37,902 nucleotides of DNA from a virus. The stretch is from the IMG/VR virus record IMGVR_UViG_3300047172_000021, positions 1 to 37,902 of that record; one strand, 5' to 3'. The notes beneath the pieces are model-generated. The model searched no databases. It was not told the DNA's origin and saw nothing but the letters and a program-made list of their open reading frames with translations. Position numbers and translations under genes: made by a program. Shown here one piece after another: positions 6,682-14,991 of this stretch (position 1 is the stretch's first letter; the number at the start of each line of letters is the position of its first letter).

Positions 6682-6724
6682 TCAATTTCTCCTTGTTTGT
6701 TGTTGATCAATATAAATTCTGTGT

Positions 6725-7351
6725 TTAAGACAAGGACACTGTCAAACCGATTAAGGCATACAGGTCCTGAAGTGTGCCATTAAAATAATTCACGTCTACA
6801 TCGCCAGACACTCCGGGCACCGTGCCCTTTGAGGTGTGTTGCCAAAAGGTCCACTTGCTCCATATTTTTGGTAAAGTCGGAACAAAGGCATAGTCTGCAA
6901 GCCAAAGAGGGTATTTTTGAAAAGATTCTGGCAAATCCAAAGCGTCTAGCGAATAATGACCCGCATACACCATTGGAACCTTACCAGTCTGGCTTTGAAC
7001 ATAGTCTAAGAATTTCTGAGCCCCAGCCACATCAGCCGCAACCGTCGTTCCGTCCACCACTTCCCAGTCTAAAACATAAGGTAATGGGTTTTGAACTTTA
7101 GGGTTTATATGAGCTAAAAAGTGCTTTGCTTGAACAATTGGATCAAGCTCTGGTCGAAAGAAATGGTATGCTCCCTGTAAAAGGCCTTCTTGAATGCAAG
7201 ATTGACTAAATCCTTGGTATTTGGAATCGACTACAGCTTCGCCCTCTGTGCACTTAAGATAGACGAATTGATAATTGGCAGCCTTAATTGCCGCAAAACT
7301 TGTGACTTCTGACCAATGAGACAAATCGATTCCTTGAACTGTAGGTGTCAT
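6725..7351 (-). CDS. GH25-family muramidase (endolysin)
   Basis: 208 aa. GH25 hallmarks: GIDLSHW..., FVYLKCTEGEAVVDSKY and C-terminal GDVDVNYFNG. SD AAGGAAAAGC precedes the ATG. Confidence 0.85.
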   Translation of the reverse strand: MTPTVQGIDLSHWSEVTSFAAIKAANYQFVYLKCTEGEAVVDSKYQGFSQSCIQEGLLQGAYHFFRPELDPIVQAKHFLAHINPKVQNPLPYVLDWEVVDGTTVAADVAGAQKFLDYVQSQTGKVPMVYAGHYSLDALDLPESFQKYPLWLADYAFVPTLPKIWSKWTFWQHTSKGTVPGVSGDVDVNYFNGTLQDLYALIGLTVSLS

Positions 7352-7366
7352 GCTTTTCCTTTGTGT

Positions 7367-7540
7367 TTAACGACCAAAAAATATTACTACGACATAAGAG
7401 ACAAGAGCGCTGATGACAGCCGCCCCGCCCAATAACGCCATTCTAAAACCCAGTAATGATTTCACATCCTTTTGAATCTGTTCAAGTGATTTATTGGTCT
7501 GTTCCATAAAATAATGAAGAAGCTCGTCCTCAGACATCAT
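7367..7540 (-). CDS. Small tail-anchored membrane protein (holin candidate), 57 aa
   Basis: Not in the ORF track (under 60 aa). I translated MMSEDELLHYFMEQTNKSLEQIQKDVKSLLGFRMALLGGAAVISALVSYVVVIFFGR. AAGGA precedes the ATGATG. There is a single C-terminal TM segment and the gene is directly upstream of the endolysin. Confidence 0.5.
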   Translation of the reverse strand: MMSEDELLHYFMEQTNKSLEQIQKDVKSLLGFRMALLGGAAVISALVSYVVVIFFGR

Positions 7541-7546
7541 ATATCC

Positions 7547-8062
7547 TTAAAGTTCATACCAAGAAAGCTCTGCCGCAACCGATGAGGCAGAGCTATTTTG
7601 AACGGTTAATAACATTGTTTGGCCAGGATCTAAGATCACCAAGACTGAAGAAATGTCTGGATTAAATGCAGTACTTGCTAAAGCCGCAAGGAAAGTTCCA
7701 TTTGTTGAAACTGTTGGGCTCAGTGTGACCACAGACTTGCTTGTATTTGAACTTGCGAAACGTAAATTTGTTGGTGTTTGTGTAGTGCCGCCAGTGACGC
7801 CAGTTGGAGCTATATAAAATCTAAAAATGGATGAGTTTGAAGCCGTTAAACACGTTAATTTTCTGACGTTGTGAAACAATGAAATTGTGCTGGACACAGG
7901 ATTTGACAACACAATCAACGGCGTTTCGTTGGTACCAGCAATGGCCGTTGAATTTGTGCCATAGATAAATTGATTTCCTAAATATGTTTGCCGATTGTTA
8001 TTGTCTAAAATCGAGTTTGCGGCGACTTGTATGTTGGTAGGAAAATTATTTGGTAATGCCAT
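7547..8062 (-). CDS. Structural/fibre-associated protein (Ser/Thr/Asn-rich beta-type)
   Basis: ORF track, 171 aa. Follows the 793-aa fibre gene. It ends ...AELSWYEL, which echoes the ...SVLTAYEL C-terminus of the 395-aa fibre-like protein. Confidence 0.5.
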   Translation of the reverse strand: MALPNNFPTNIQVAANSILDNNNRQTYLGNQFIYGTNSTAIAGTNETPLIVLSNPVSSTISLFHNVRKLTCLTASNSSIFRFYIAPTGVTGGTTQTPTNLRFASSNTSKSVVTLSPTVSTNGTFLAALASTAFNPDISSVLVILDPGQTMLLTVQNSSASSVAAELSWYEL

Positions 8063-8076
8063 ATGTCCCCTTTATT

Positions 8077-10458
8077 TTATCGAACACGCCTTGCTTGAAT
8101 TATTGAATTTGCGCTCCAAGTGCCGCCGCCTAGGGTTGAGTAACTAACCTCCCCAGTTAAATATACTGTTGTAGTAGAGCTTATGTTAATTCTTCTTGGC
8201 GAAAGGGGAGCATAATAAGTTGATGCTGTAGAAAATGATTGCGTCAAGGACCAAATACCACCCAATGTGCCCGCATCAAAATTTCCACTTGTAAGAGAAA
8301 CGGCAGCTGCAGCATATGTGGCAACAGATGTTGAACCTGTTTGAAAAGCAACCGTCGCATAAACATCCCAATCGCCTGCAGTTAAAGAAATAGAAGCTAT
8401 GTTTTCAATTGCTCCAGAGGTTGCCCATGTAACACCAGCGGAATTAGCGCTTACAAATTCGCCGACATTTCCAGCAGTGGCATTTCCCCCAGCGGTTGTT
8501 CCAACTATCCCGCCCGTAGGAGTAATGGCGCCCGTTACCGCTAGAGTGCCAGAAAGAGTTTGTGATGCGGCCGCTATGGTTCCGGTCAATGTCGGGCTTG
8601 CAGAAAACACAGCATTTCCCGTTCCGGTAGACGTGGTCCAAACCGGAGCGGCTGAAACGGTGCCGGTGCCCGTTTGAGTTAGTACTGATAACGTTGCCGA
8701 AGTATTTCCAGCAAGCCTAGCCGGAGCAGGCGTTGCGTTTTCATAAATTATATCGCCCAATGTGGTCATTGGATTTGTTAAAACCGAACTCCAGGTCATT
8801 GAAGTAGATCCGCCAGCTTGCGACGTTAAAACCTGTCCAGCAGTTCCGGCCGTGATTGGTAAATTGAAATTATAACCCGTCGTTATATTCCCTAAATTCT
8901 GAAGCGTAATTGTTGTGCCGGAGGCGCCTCCATTGGCAAGCCCCAGCGTTCCAGCGGTCGTGGCGTTTACTCCTAAAGTCGGTGTATATGAAAAACTTGG
9001 ATTTGTTGCTGTGCCGGTTAGTATTTGTCCTGCTACACCAGCCGCAATAGATGAGATTGGACCGCCGGCCCCGCCGCCAACCACAAGACCATGATTTGTA
9101 ATAGCAGCTGATGACGCTATGGTCGATGTTGTATTAAAGTAAGGTATTCCGCCTGATGTGCCGGAAGCAAGCCCCGTTCCACCAAGCGCAACCCCCAAAG
9201 TGGCAGTGTTTGCACCTGTATATTCCCAAGACCATGAAGCGGTGCCCGTGCCGCCCGCGTTATTTGCAACCGTCAAAAATAAATTAGTGCTTGCGGCCAT
9301 TGCCTGCACGGTATTTGCGCCGGACGTTTGTACCGTCACAACGCCAGTGCTCAAATTTACAATTTGAAACTGTTGACCATTAGCAAGAGTGGTAACTACC
9401 GGCAAAGTTACTGTTTGAGTTGTACTTCCTGTAAAATATTGAATCTCAGTAGATCCAACCGATAAAACAGTGGTTCCGGCAGCTGTTGCCGTTGTTGTAT
9501 AACCTTGAATAAGGGAATTGGCGCTGAGATTTTTATTTGCGTCCCAACCGGCAAAGGATGTTGCCGTTGGCGCTGTCGTCACAGACGTTACAGAAGTGCC
9601 GCCATTTGCAATAGGCAATGCTGTCCCAGAATAAGTAATACCAAATGTCCCAGAAGTCGTAATTGTAGGAGGAGACACGCTCAAAAACGCTGGAACCGTC
9701 ATTCCAACACTTGTCACAGTTCCCGTGCCAGCCGGAAGATCCGCTGTCGTTAAAGCCCGAAACGTTGGGGACCCGGCGCCGCCAGTAGACGGTGCCGCAA
9801 ACACATAGTTTTGAGTAGTAGTTGTCGCATTAACGCCAGTTCCGCCATAAGCAACCCCAACTGCTGTTCCGTGCCACGTGCCTGTTGTTATCGTTCCAAT
9901 GCTTGAAAGAGATGACAATGTGGTAAGTGTCGCATTTGATGTAGCCACAAGGCCTGTCACTAAAGAACCAGCCGTCGTGGTTACGTCTCCAGTTAAGGCC
10001 GGAAACTGAGCCGCTTGAAGCGTTCCAGATAAAACCGTTGTCGGAATGGCAGTTGACGCCGTGAGAGCGGTTGCGCCGTTAGCGTACAAATAGCCCGTCA
10101 ATGACGATAAAATGGGAGCTGACGAAAGTGTTTTTACGCCGGCAAAAGTTTGAGCCGCTAGATTCACTAAGCCCGGCACCGTTGCCGAAGCTGATTGCAT
10201 AATTAGTTGATTAGCATTAATTGTGGCGCCATTTGCAGACGGTGTTTGGCTGTCAATTGTTCCAATACTTAAAACAGCCCCAGGACCGCCAATTGGAACC
10301 CAAGCTGCCCCGTTCCATTCATATAAAATGCCGGTATCAGCCGCAACCGCTAATTGGCCAGCCGTGGTTCCCGCCGGAAAAGCGCTAAATGTTGAATATA
10401 CCGAAACTCCGCCGCCAGACCCCCCGGCATATGGATAACTTGCATAGGTCGACGCCAT
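8077..10458 (-). CDS. Tail fibre protein (793 aa, Gly/Thr/Ser/Ala-rich)
   Basis: ORF track. TAATG coupling to the upstream gene. Composition and position (last large structural gene before lysis) are typical of fibres. Many spurious alternate-frame ORFs reflect compositional bias. Confidence 0.65.
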   Translation of the reverse strand: MASTYASYPYAGGSGGGVSVYSTFSAFPAGTTAGQLAVAADTGILYEWNGAAWVPIGGPGAVLSIGTIDSQTPSANGATINANQLIMQSASATVPGLVNLAAQTFAGVKTLSSAPILSSLTGYLYANGATALTASTAIPTTVLSGTLQAAQFPALTGDVTTTAGSLVTGLVATSNATLTTLSSLSSIGTITTGTWHGTAVGVAYGGTGVNATTTTQNYVFAAPSTGGAGSPTFRALTTADLPAGTGTVTSVGMTVPAFLSVSPPTITTSGTFGITYSGTALPIANGGTSVTSVTTAPTATSFAGWDANKNLSANSLIQGYTTTATAAGTTVLSVGSTEIQYFTGSTTQTVTLPVVTTLANGQQFQIVNLSTGVVTVQTSGANTVQAMAASTNLFLTVANNAGGTGTASWSWEYTGANTATLGVALGGTGLASGTSGGIPYFNTTSTIASSAAITNHGLVVGGGAGGPISSIAAGVAGQILTGTATNPSFSYTPTLGVNATTAGTLGLANGGASGTTITLQNLGNITTGYNFNLPITAGTAGQVLTSQAGGSTSMTWSSVLTNPMTTLGDIIYENATPAPARLAGNTSATLSVLTQTGTGTVSAAPVWTTSTGTGNAVFSASPTLTGTIAAASQTLSGTLAVTGAITPTGGIVGTTAGGNATAGNVGEFVSANSAGVTWATSGAIENIASISLTAGDWDVYATVAFQTGSTSVATYAAAAVSLTSGNFDAGTLGGIWSLTQSFSTASTYYAPLSPRRINISSTTTVYLTGEVSYSTLGGGTWSANSIIQARRVR

Positions 10459-10874
10459 TATTGCACCTTACCGTTTGCGGTAACAGTTAGCGTTCCGGTG
10501 CCGCTCGAATAAGTGTATAAAAGCCTGCATGCATAAGCCCCGGTGGACTCAATATCAATAAAAGCAGACCCTGTGTTTCCGGTAATCGGAATACTTGAAA
10601 CTGGCGAGCCATTAAGGCCTATAGTAACCGTGTTCCAAGTGCCAGCATTGTTGACAGTCCCGTTTGGGTTTAAAGAATAGTCATTTGAAAATTGAATCGA
10701 AGCCGTGCCAACAGGAGATGTCCCCGTCCACGAAAGACCATAACTTACCATTGATAAAGACTGCATAATGGTCGGCTGAGAGGCTATATTTGCCGCCATT
10801 GATCCAGTGTTGGCAGGAGTTGCAAGGGCGGCAGGAATGACAATTTGCGGCCGAAGGTTCGTGCGAGATGACAT
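10458..10874 (-). CDS. Structural protein, hypothetical (138 aa, beta-rich)
   Basis: ORF track. GGAGA lies 8 nt before the ATG. Preceded by a copy of the conserved 29-nt element. Confidence 0.5.
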   Translation of the reverse strand: MSSRTNLRPQIVIPAALATPANTGSMAANIASQPTIMQSLSMVSYGLSWTGTSPVGTASIQFSNDYSLNPNGTVNNAGTWNTVTIGLNGSPVSSIPITGNTGSAFIDIESTGAYACRLLYTYSSGTGTLTVTANGKVQ

Positions 10875-10909
10875 CTGGGGTCTCCATTCTTGAGGTTTAG
10901 GGGTCTCCT

Positions 10910-10938
10910 CCTCAATATTAGAGAAAACTATGCTTTTA
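10910..10938 (-). promoter_or_regulatory. Conserved 29-nt element, copy b (TAAAAGCATAGTTTTCTCTAATATTGAGG)
   Basis: Read directly on the minus strand. Intergenic, 36 nt upstream of the 10874 start. Confidence 0.45.
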
Positions 10939-10983
10939 AATTATTCGCGTGTGTGGTATTATGAATAAAACGATGGAGGATTT

Positions 10984-11139
10984 ATGTTAACATTTTTAGG
11001 GTATGTTGCTTTTGGAGTAAGCCTGTTTGTGGTTAGCGTTTTGCGGGATATTTTTTTTCCAGAGAAGCAAAAAGCTAACTCTTGTTCAGTCTGTCGACGC
11101 GCGCTTGGTCGTCCGTCTGATACTTCTGAGCTATTTTAG
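10984..11139 (+). CDS. Small membrane protein on the plus strand (51 aa)
   Basis: Not in the track (under 60 aa). ATG at 10984 is preceded by GGAGGA, and TGGTATTAT (extended -10-like) lies about 25 nt upstream. Translation: MLTFLGYVAFGVSLFVVSVLRDIFFPEKQKANSCSVCRRALGRPSDTSELF (N-terminal TM helix). The 3' 65 nt overlap the convergent 737-aa gene. Confidence 0.4.
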   Translation: MLTFLGYVAFGVSLFVVSVLRDIFFPEKQKANSCSVCRRALGRPSDTSELF

Positions 11140-13288
11140 ACATGGTCCCGGTTCCGCGCTTTGGTTTCCCGGCGGCCATTCCGGCTTGTTTTTCAGCGTT
11201 TTGTTGAGCAAAAACGCCTTGTGCCGCTTGAATTGAGGCTGGAGTCATTGAAGAATCAAGGGCTGATCCCAAAAAGAGACTTAAGCCCTGTCTCACCTTA
11301 TAGCTTGGCTTGGTCTCTCCAAGCTGAGACTCAGTGATTTTCTTGGTAATTTCTTTTGATAAATGATTATGAAGGTCTGGGTACATACCAGTCATATGCT
11401 GAACGTGTTCAGCCGTGAACTCTCCATTTTGAATATGCTCTAAAACACTCATCGGATCGTTTGCAATATTTATGGCCCTCATATAAGAGCGCTCTTTTGC
11501 TGGGTCTTTTTGACTCGTATCAAATGGCATCTTCATGCTTTGAGTGGGCTTTACGGTCGTTAAATAATTGCTCACTCGCATCCTTGCGGCATTCACTAAA
11601 ACATTCTGATCAGGGTAAATTTTAGCCAGTGGGTTTGGATCAGAAGCTTGTGGCTGAACGTCTCCGCCTTGTGCAAAAGCCGGTGTTTGATTTTCATCAG
11701 GCACCACTTCTTGTGGATTAATCACATCTCGATTCATGCCGCCAGAAGAAATAAAATCCATAAGTTTTTCACCAGCCCTTGTCTTATCTCCAGTTTGTTG
11801 CGTGGCTATTTTAGTGCCATCAAAAAGAGCATCAATACTTTTTGTGATCGCACGAGCGCCCATGGAAGCATTTTTGGCATATCGCAATTGACCCACTAAA
11901 TTATCAAAAGACCCTGTTTGGATTGCCTTTAAAATGACTGGATATGTGTATTTTTCAGCCGTCGGAGTCAGGTATTTATCTGCATATTTTCCAAGCATCT
12001 TTGCGACTTCTTTTTTAGCAAAAGCATAACCAAAAATACCCGTTCCCGTTGCAGCAGCTCCTGCCGCAGTCAACGCAGATGCCGTGCTATTCACGAGCTT
12101 ATCTTGCAAAGCTCCAGAATCGATATGACCAAAGCCCATCTTAAAAGCTGTCGGATCAAATGTTTTACCAACGGCCTCATGCTGAGCCGCCACGTCTTCC
12201 GCCGAATCGAGCATGGTTCCGCTTTGGCCAAATTTTAGCTTTGGCTTACCACCAAAAAGCGCTTCTTTTATAGCGGCCCTTTTAGCGGGATCTTCCTCGC
12301 TTGCTGCATAACCAACGCCCGCCATATATGAATCAAGCTTTGCCGCAAGTTTCGCATTATCGATAGCCTCTAAACCTTTCGCGGCACCTGACCCAACAGC
12401 TCCAAATAAGCCGCCAGCACCAAGACCAAAAAGCCCAGAAGCTCCGACATTAAAAAGAGCCGATGATACAGGATGATCAGGGTTTCCCATGCCAAGCATA
12501 GCCTTAGTGCCCTCATCACTTGCTTGAAACGCCATGTTTTCAATTCCAGCCGTTGCGGCTTTTGACAGAATCTGTCCGCCAATAGTGGTGGCTTCTGCCA
12601 GTTTTCCGATCATTGGAATGGCTTCAACAGATTTTGCAACTAATCCAGGCAGGCCTTCACCCGAGACAAGACCGCCAACAAGCCCGGTCCCCTCAGAAAT
12701 TCCGCTAATCAATGGGTTTTCTTCAGCGCGCCCCTTTTGAGCCTCAGCGCTTGTGTCCATTCCAAAAGCTTTATCAAGACCAACTTCATGTGCCGCAAGT
12801 TCCGCACCTGTGGCAATTGGACCCGCAAGACCTTTAGCCACACCTTCGGCGGCTGTTCCAATTTGCTGAGGAAGTGTGCTATATTTATCGGAATCTAATT
12901 GAACTTGATCATTTGGTATTTCGTCAGGCGAATCGATTTTTACTTGTGACGGGTCAATCGGCTCTTGATCAACCTGCACTTGATCTGGTGGTATAATATC
13001 GCCGCCAGCCAAATAATATTCGCAATCAGGCAAATGAGCATGAGCCCTTGAGCAAAATCGATCATCTTGAACATCTCCGCCTTCTGCATAGTTATTAAAA
13101 ATACCTTGCGCAAAAGGATTAGAATCTTTTTTCTTTCGACCGCCGCGATACTCGCTTGGCGTCTCGTACCCTTGAGACTCTAAAGATTGCAAAGCAGAAA
13201 GGCCAAGCTTGTCATAGCACTTACAATTAGGGTGGGACTTCCCATGTGATTTGCAATTAGGGTTTAGACAGGGAAGATAATTTGGCAT
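11075..13288 (-). CDS. Large internal-virion/ejection-like protein (737 aa)
   Basis: ORF track. TAATG coupling. It is the third of three consecutive large low-complexity proteins between the tail protein and the fibre, as in T7/P22-like podoviruses. N-terminus has a Cys/His cluster (CLNPNCKSHGKSHPNCKC). Carries YAEGGDV, LAGGDI and FAQGGDV motifs. Confidence 0.55.
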   Translation of the reverse strand: MPNYLPCLNPNCKSHGKSHPNCKCYDKLGLSALQSLESQGYETPSEYRGGRKKKDSNPFAQGIFNNYAEGGDVQDDRFCSRAHAHLPDCEYYLAGGDIIPPDQVQVDQEPIDPSQVKIDSPDEIPNDQVQLDSDKYSTLPQQIGTAAEGVAKGLAGPIATGAELAAHEVGLDKAFGMDTSAEAQKGRAEENPLISGISEGTGLVGGLVSGEGLPGLVAKSVEAIPMIGKLAEATTIGGQILSKAATAGIENMAFQASDEGTKAMLGMGNPDHPVSSALFNVGASGLFGLGAGGLFGAVGSGAAKGLEAIDNAKLAAKLDSYMAGVGYAASEEDPAKRAAIKEALFGGKPKLKFGQSGTMLDSAEDVAAQHEAVGKTFDPTAFKMGFGHIDSGALQDKLVNSTASALTAAGAAATGTGIFGYAFAKKEVAKMLGKYADKYLTPTAEKYTYPVILKAIQTGSFDNLVGQLRYAKNASMGARAITKSIDALFDGTKIATQQTGDKTRAGEKLMDFISSGGMNRDVINPQEVVPDENQTPAFAQGGDVQPQASDPNPLAKIYPDQNVLVNAARMRVSNYLTTVKPTQSMKMPFDTSQKDPAKERSYMRAINIANDPMSVLEHIQNGEFTAEHVQHMTGMYPDLHNHLSKEITKKITESQLGETKPSYKVRQGLSLFLGSALDSSMTPASIQAAQGVFAQQNAEKQAGMAAGKPKRGTGTMSKIAQKYQTDDQARVDRLNKS

Positions 13289-14991
13289 TATTTATATGTC
13301 CATTTTCCATTCTTAACGACAACTGGTTTTCCTTTATGGGTTCCGGTCTGTCCTTCTTGAAGAGAGTTGGACGCCTGTTTTTGAGCGCCGCCAGTATACT
13401 CCCCAAGACCAAGACCTTTAGTATAATCACCAATACGCCTCTTGTTATCATCTGAAATTGCCTTTAAACTTGGCACGACTCGAATGCTATTAAAGAATTT
13501 AGTCGGATCAGGATCAATCAGTTTTGAAATGAAATTCTGCTCGCCTTCTTTATAAACCCCACCGCGCGTGGCTTGACGATAAGCCCCTTGAAGATCTGCG
13601 GCCTTTGCTCTTCCTTCAGAATAATCAGAAAGACTTAACTTTCCAGAATGGTTTTTAGTCCAATCAATGAAATTATCTAGTTGGTTTTGAAAATCCGTTC
13701 CGGTTTGTAAAAACTGACGATCCTCTGGCTGTATTGTAGTGCTGGATCTTCCAGAAAATCCAGGCATATGATGTCCCTCTGCGACCTCTGCCATTTTCTC
13801 GCCCTCTGGCCCCATCATTCTTCTGCCCATGTTTTGTTGCTGAAACTGTTGCTCAGACCCTGATCCGCCACTGATGTCGCCCATCATGGCCTTAAATCTT
13901 GCCGATTGAGCCGCCGCAACACTTGCAAGATTTGCATTTTCAGCATTCACGGCTGGCGCCATCATGGCAATTGTTTGCTGCGCTTGCGCTTTTCTAGGAT
14001 CATTGTCTGGCAAGCTTTGATAAAGCTTAACGGCGTTATCTAAAACTGAACTATTCATTTTAATTCTTGAAATATTATATGCTTTTGCTTCCGCGTCGGC
14101 GCTCATAAGCTTTGTTTGTTGTTCCGTTAGCTTAATTCCCGCGCGCTGTGCTGCCATTTGAGATTCGTTCATCTGATGCTCTAATTGAAGCTTATAAATG
14201 TTTTGAGCATTCGTTTTTGATGCTTTTTGGGCGTCAAGGTTTTTCCCAATGGTATTATCCATCATTTGCATGATCGCATTAGGCTGATGTGTAAGCCCTG
14301 ATCCCATCCCTCCAAGCATTAGGCCAAACATAGTGCTGATTTTTCCTAATGTTCCCTTATCTTTCCATGAACCATCTGGTTGTTGTTCTTGCCACAAAAG
14401 CTTATGATAGGTTAAAGGATCAATCTTCCCGTCCTTTAGGTCTTGATCGATATTTGCAGATTCTTTTGCAATGTCATTTTGAACAATCGTTTTATGATCG
14501 TCTGGCGAAATAGCAGGATTAAAAAGAGATGGAACTTGTTGGGACTTATCAGGGGATAGATCCTCGGCCTCCGTTCCAGGGGTTGCCTGAACTGGGGCGT
14601 TGGCGGCAGCAGGGTCAATACCAGGGGCCGGATTTGTTTTTGCATCTTCTACCATATTAAAACCAGTTGGTTGAGAGGCTGGGTCTCGATTTGTGGCTGA
14701 GTCTTGAGAGCCTTTTTGTGAAAACCTATTTGAAGTTGCATCTCCTGCCAAAGCGCCAGCCGCTGAATCTATGGCATCGCCAATACCGCTCATCTCATCA
14801 GCACTTCCTGGATCATATTTCTGTGTATCAACGCCTTCAGCCGCATGAATTGGAAGCTTGTCTAATTGCGCGCGCATTTCTTTTGATAAAGAATTATGAG
14901 CAACCGTAATCTTATGGCCATTAGGCAAAGCAAAACAGCTTGAGTTTTTATCGCAAGATATTTTTTTAGCACCCTTAAATAGCTTTTCCAT
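13288..14991 (-). CDS. Internal-virion/ejection-like protein (567 aa)
   Basis: ORF track. TAATG coupling on both sides. Called by position and composition. Confidence 0.55.
   Translation of the reverse strand: MEKLFKGAKKISCDKNSSCFALPNGHKITVAHNSLSKEMRAQLDKLPIHAAEGVDTQKYDPGSADEMSGIGDAIDSAAGALAGDATSNRFSQKGSQDSATNRDPASQPTGFNMVEDAKTNPAPGIDPAAANAPVQATPGTEAEDLSPDKSQQVPSLFNPAISPDDHKTIVQNDIAKESANIDQDLKDGKIDPLTYHKLLWQEQQPDGSWKDKGTLGKISTMFGLMLGGMGSGLTHQPNAIMQMMDNTIGKNLDAQKASKTNAQNIYKLQLEHQMNESQMAAQRAGIKLTEQQTKLMSADAEAKAYNISRIKMNSSVLDNAVKLYQSLPDNDPRKAQAQQTIAMMAPAVNAENANLASVAAAQSARFKAMMGDISGGSGSEQQFQQQNMGRRMMGPEGEKMAEVAEGHHMPGFSGRSSTTIQPEDRQFLQTGTDFQNQLDNFIDWTKNHSGKLSLSDYSEGRAKAADLQGAYRQATRGGVYKEGEQNFISKLIDPDPTKFFNSIRVVPSLKAISDDNKRRIGDYTKGLGLGEYTGGAQKQASNSLQEGQTGTHKGKPVVVKNGKWTYK

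Noticed and set aside
8399-10438. Multiple 60-90-aa ORFs in other frames or strands within the fibre gene. Similar ORFs lie within other structural genes (e.g. 15169..15745, 17726..18793, 23330..24676, 25708..25989, 28233..28708).
   Set aside because: Compositional bias (Gly/Ala/Thr/Ser codons) keeps alternate frames open. They lack SDs, have odd compositions and are fully nested in long, well-supported ORFs.
8077-10458. Diversity-generating retroelement or other hypervariation system targeting the fibre genes
   Set aside because: No reverse transcriptase ORF exists anywhere in the genome, and I saw no template/variable repeat pair. The only repeat found (20275..20394) is a simple in-frame tandem duplication.
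10681-10887. 68-aa ORF (METPDVISH...) starting at an ATG just upstream of the 138-aa gene start
   Set aside because: It is out of frame with, and almost entirely inside, the 138-aa structural ORF. Its composition is Cys/His/Trp-rich and odd. The 10874 ATG has the better SD spacing.
10929-10938. Resemblance of plus-strand TATGCTTTTA to the T4 MotA box ((a/t)(a/t)TGCTT(t/c)A) of middle promoters
   Set aside because: The MotA-box orientation would drive plus-strand transcription. Five of the six copies have no plus-strand gene or -10 box at the required ~12-nt spacing, and all copies are co-oriented with minus-strand genes.
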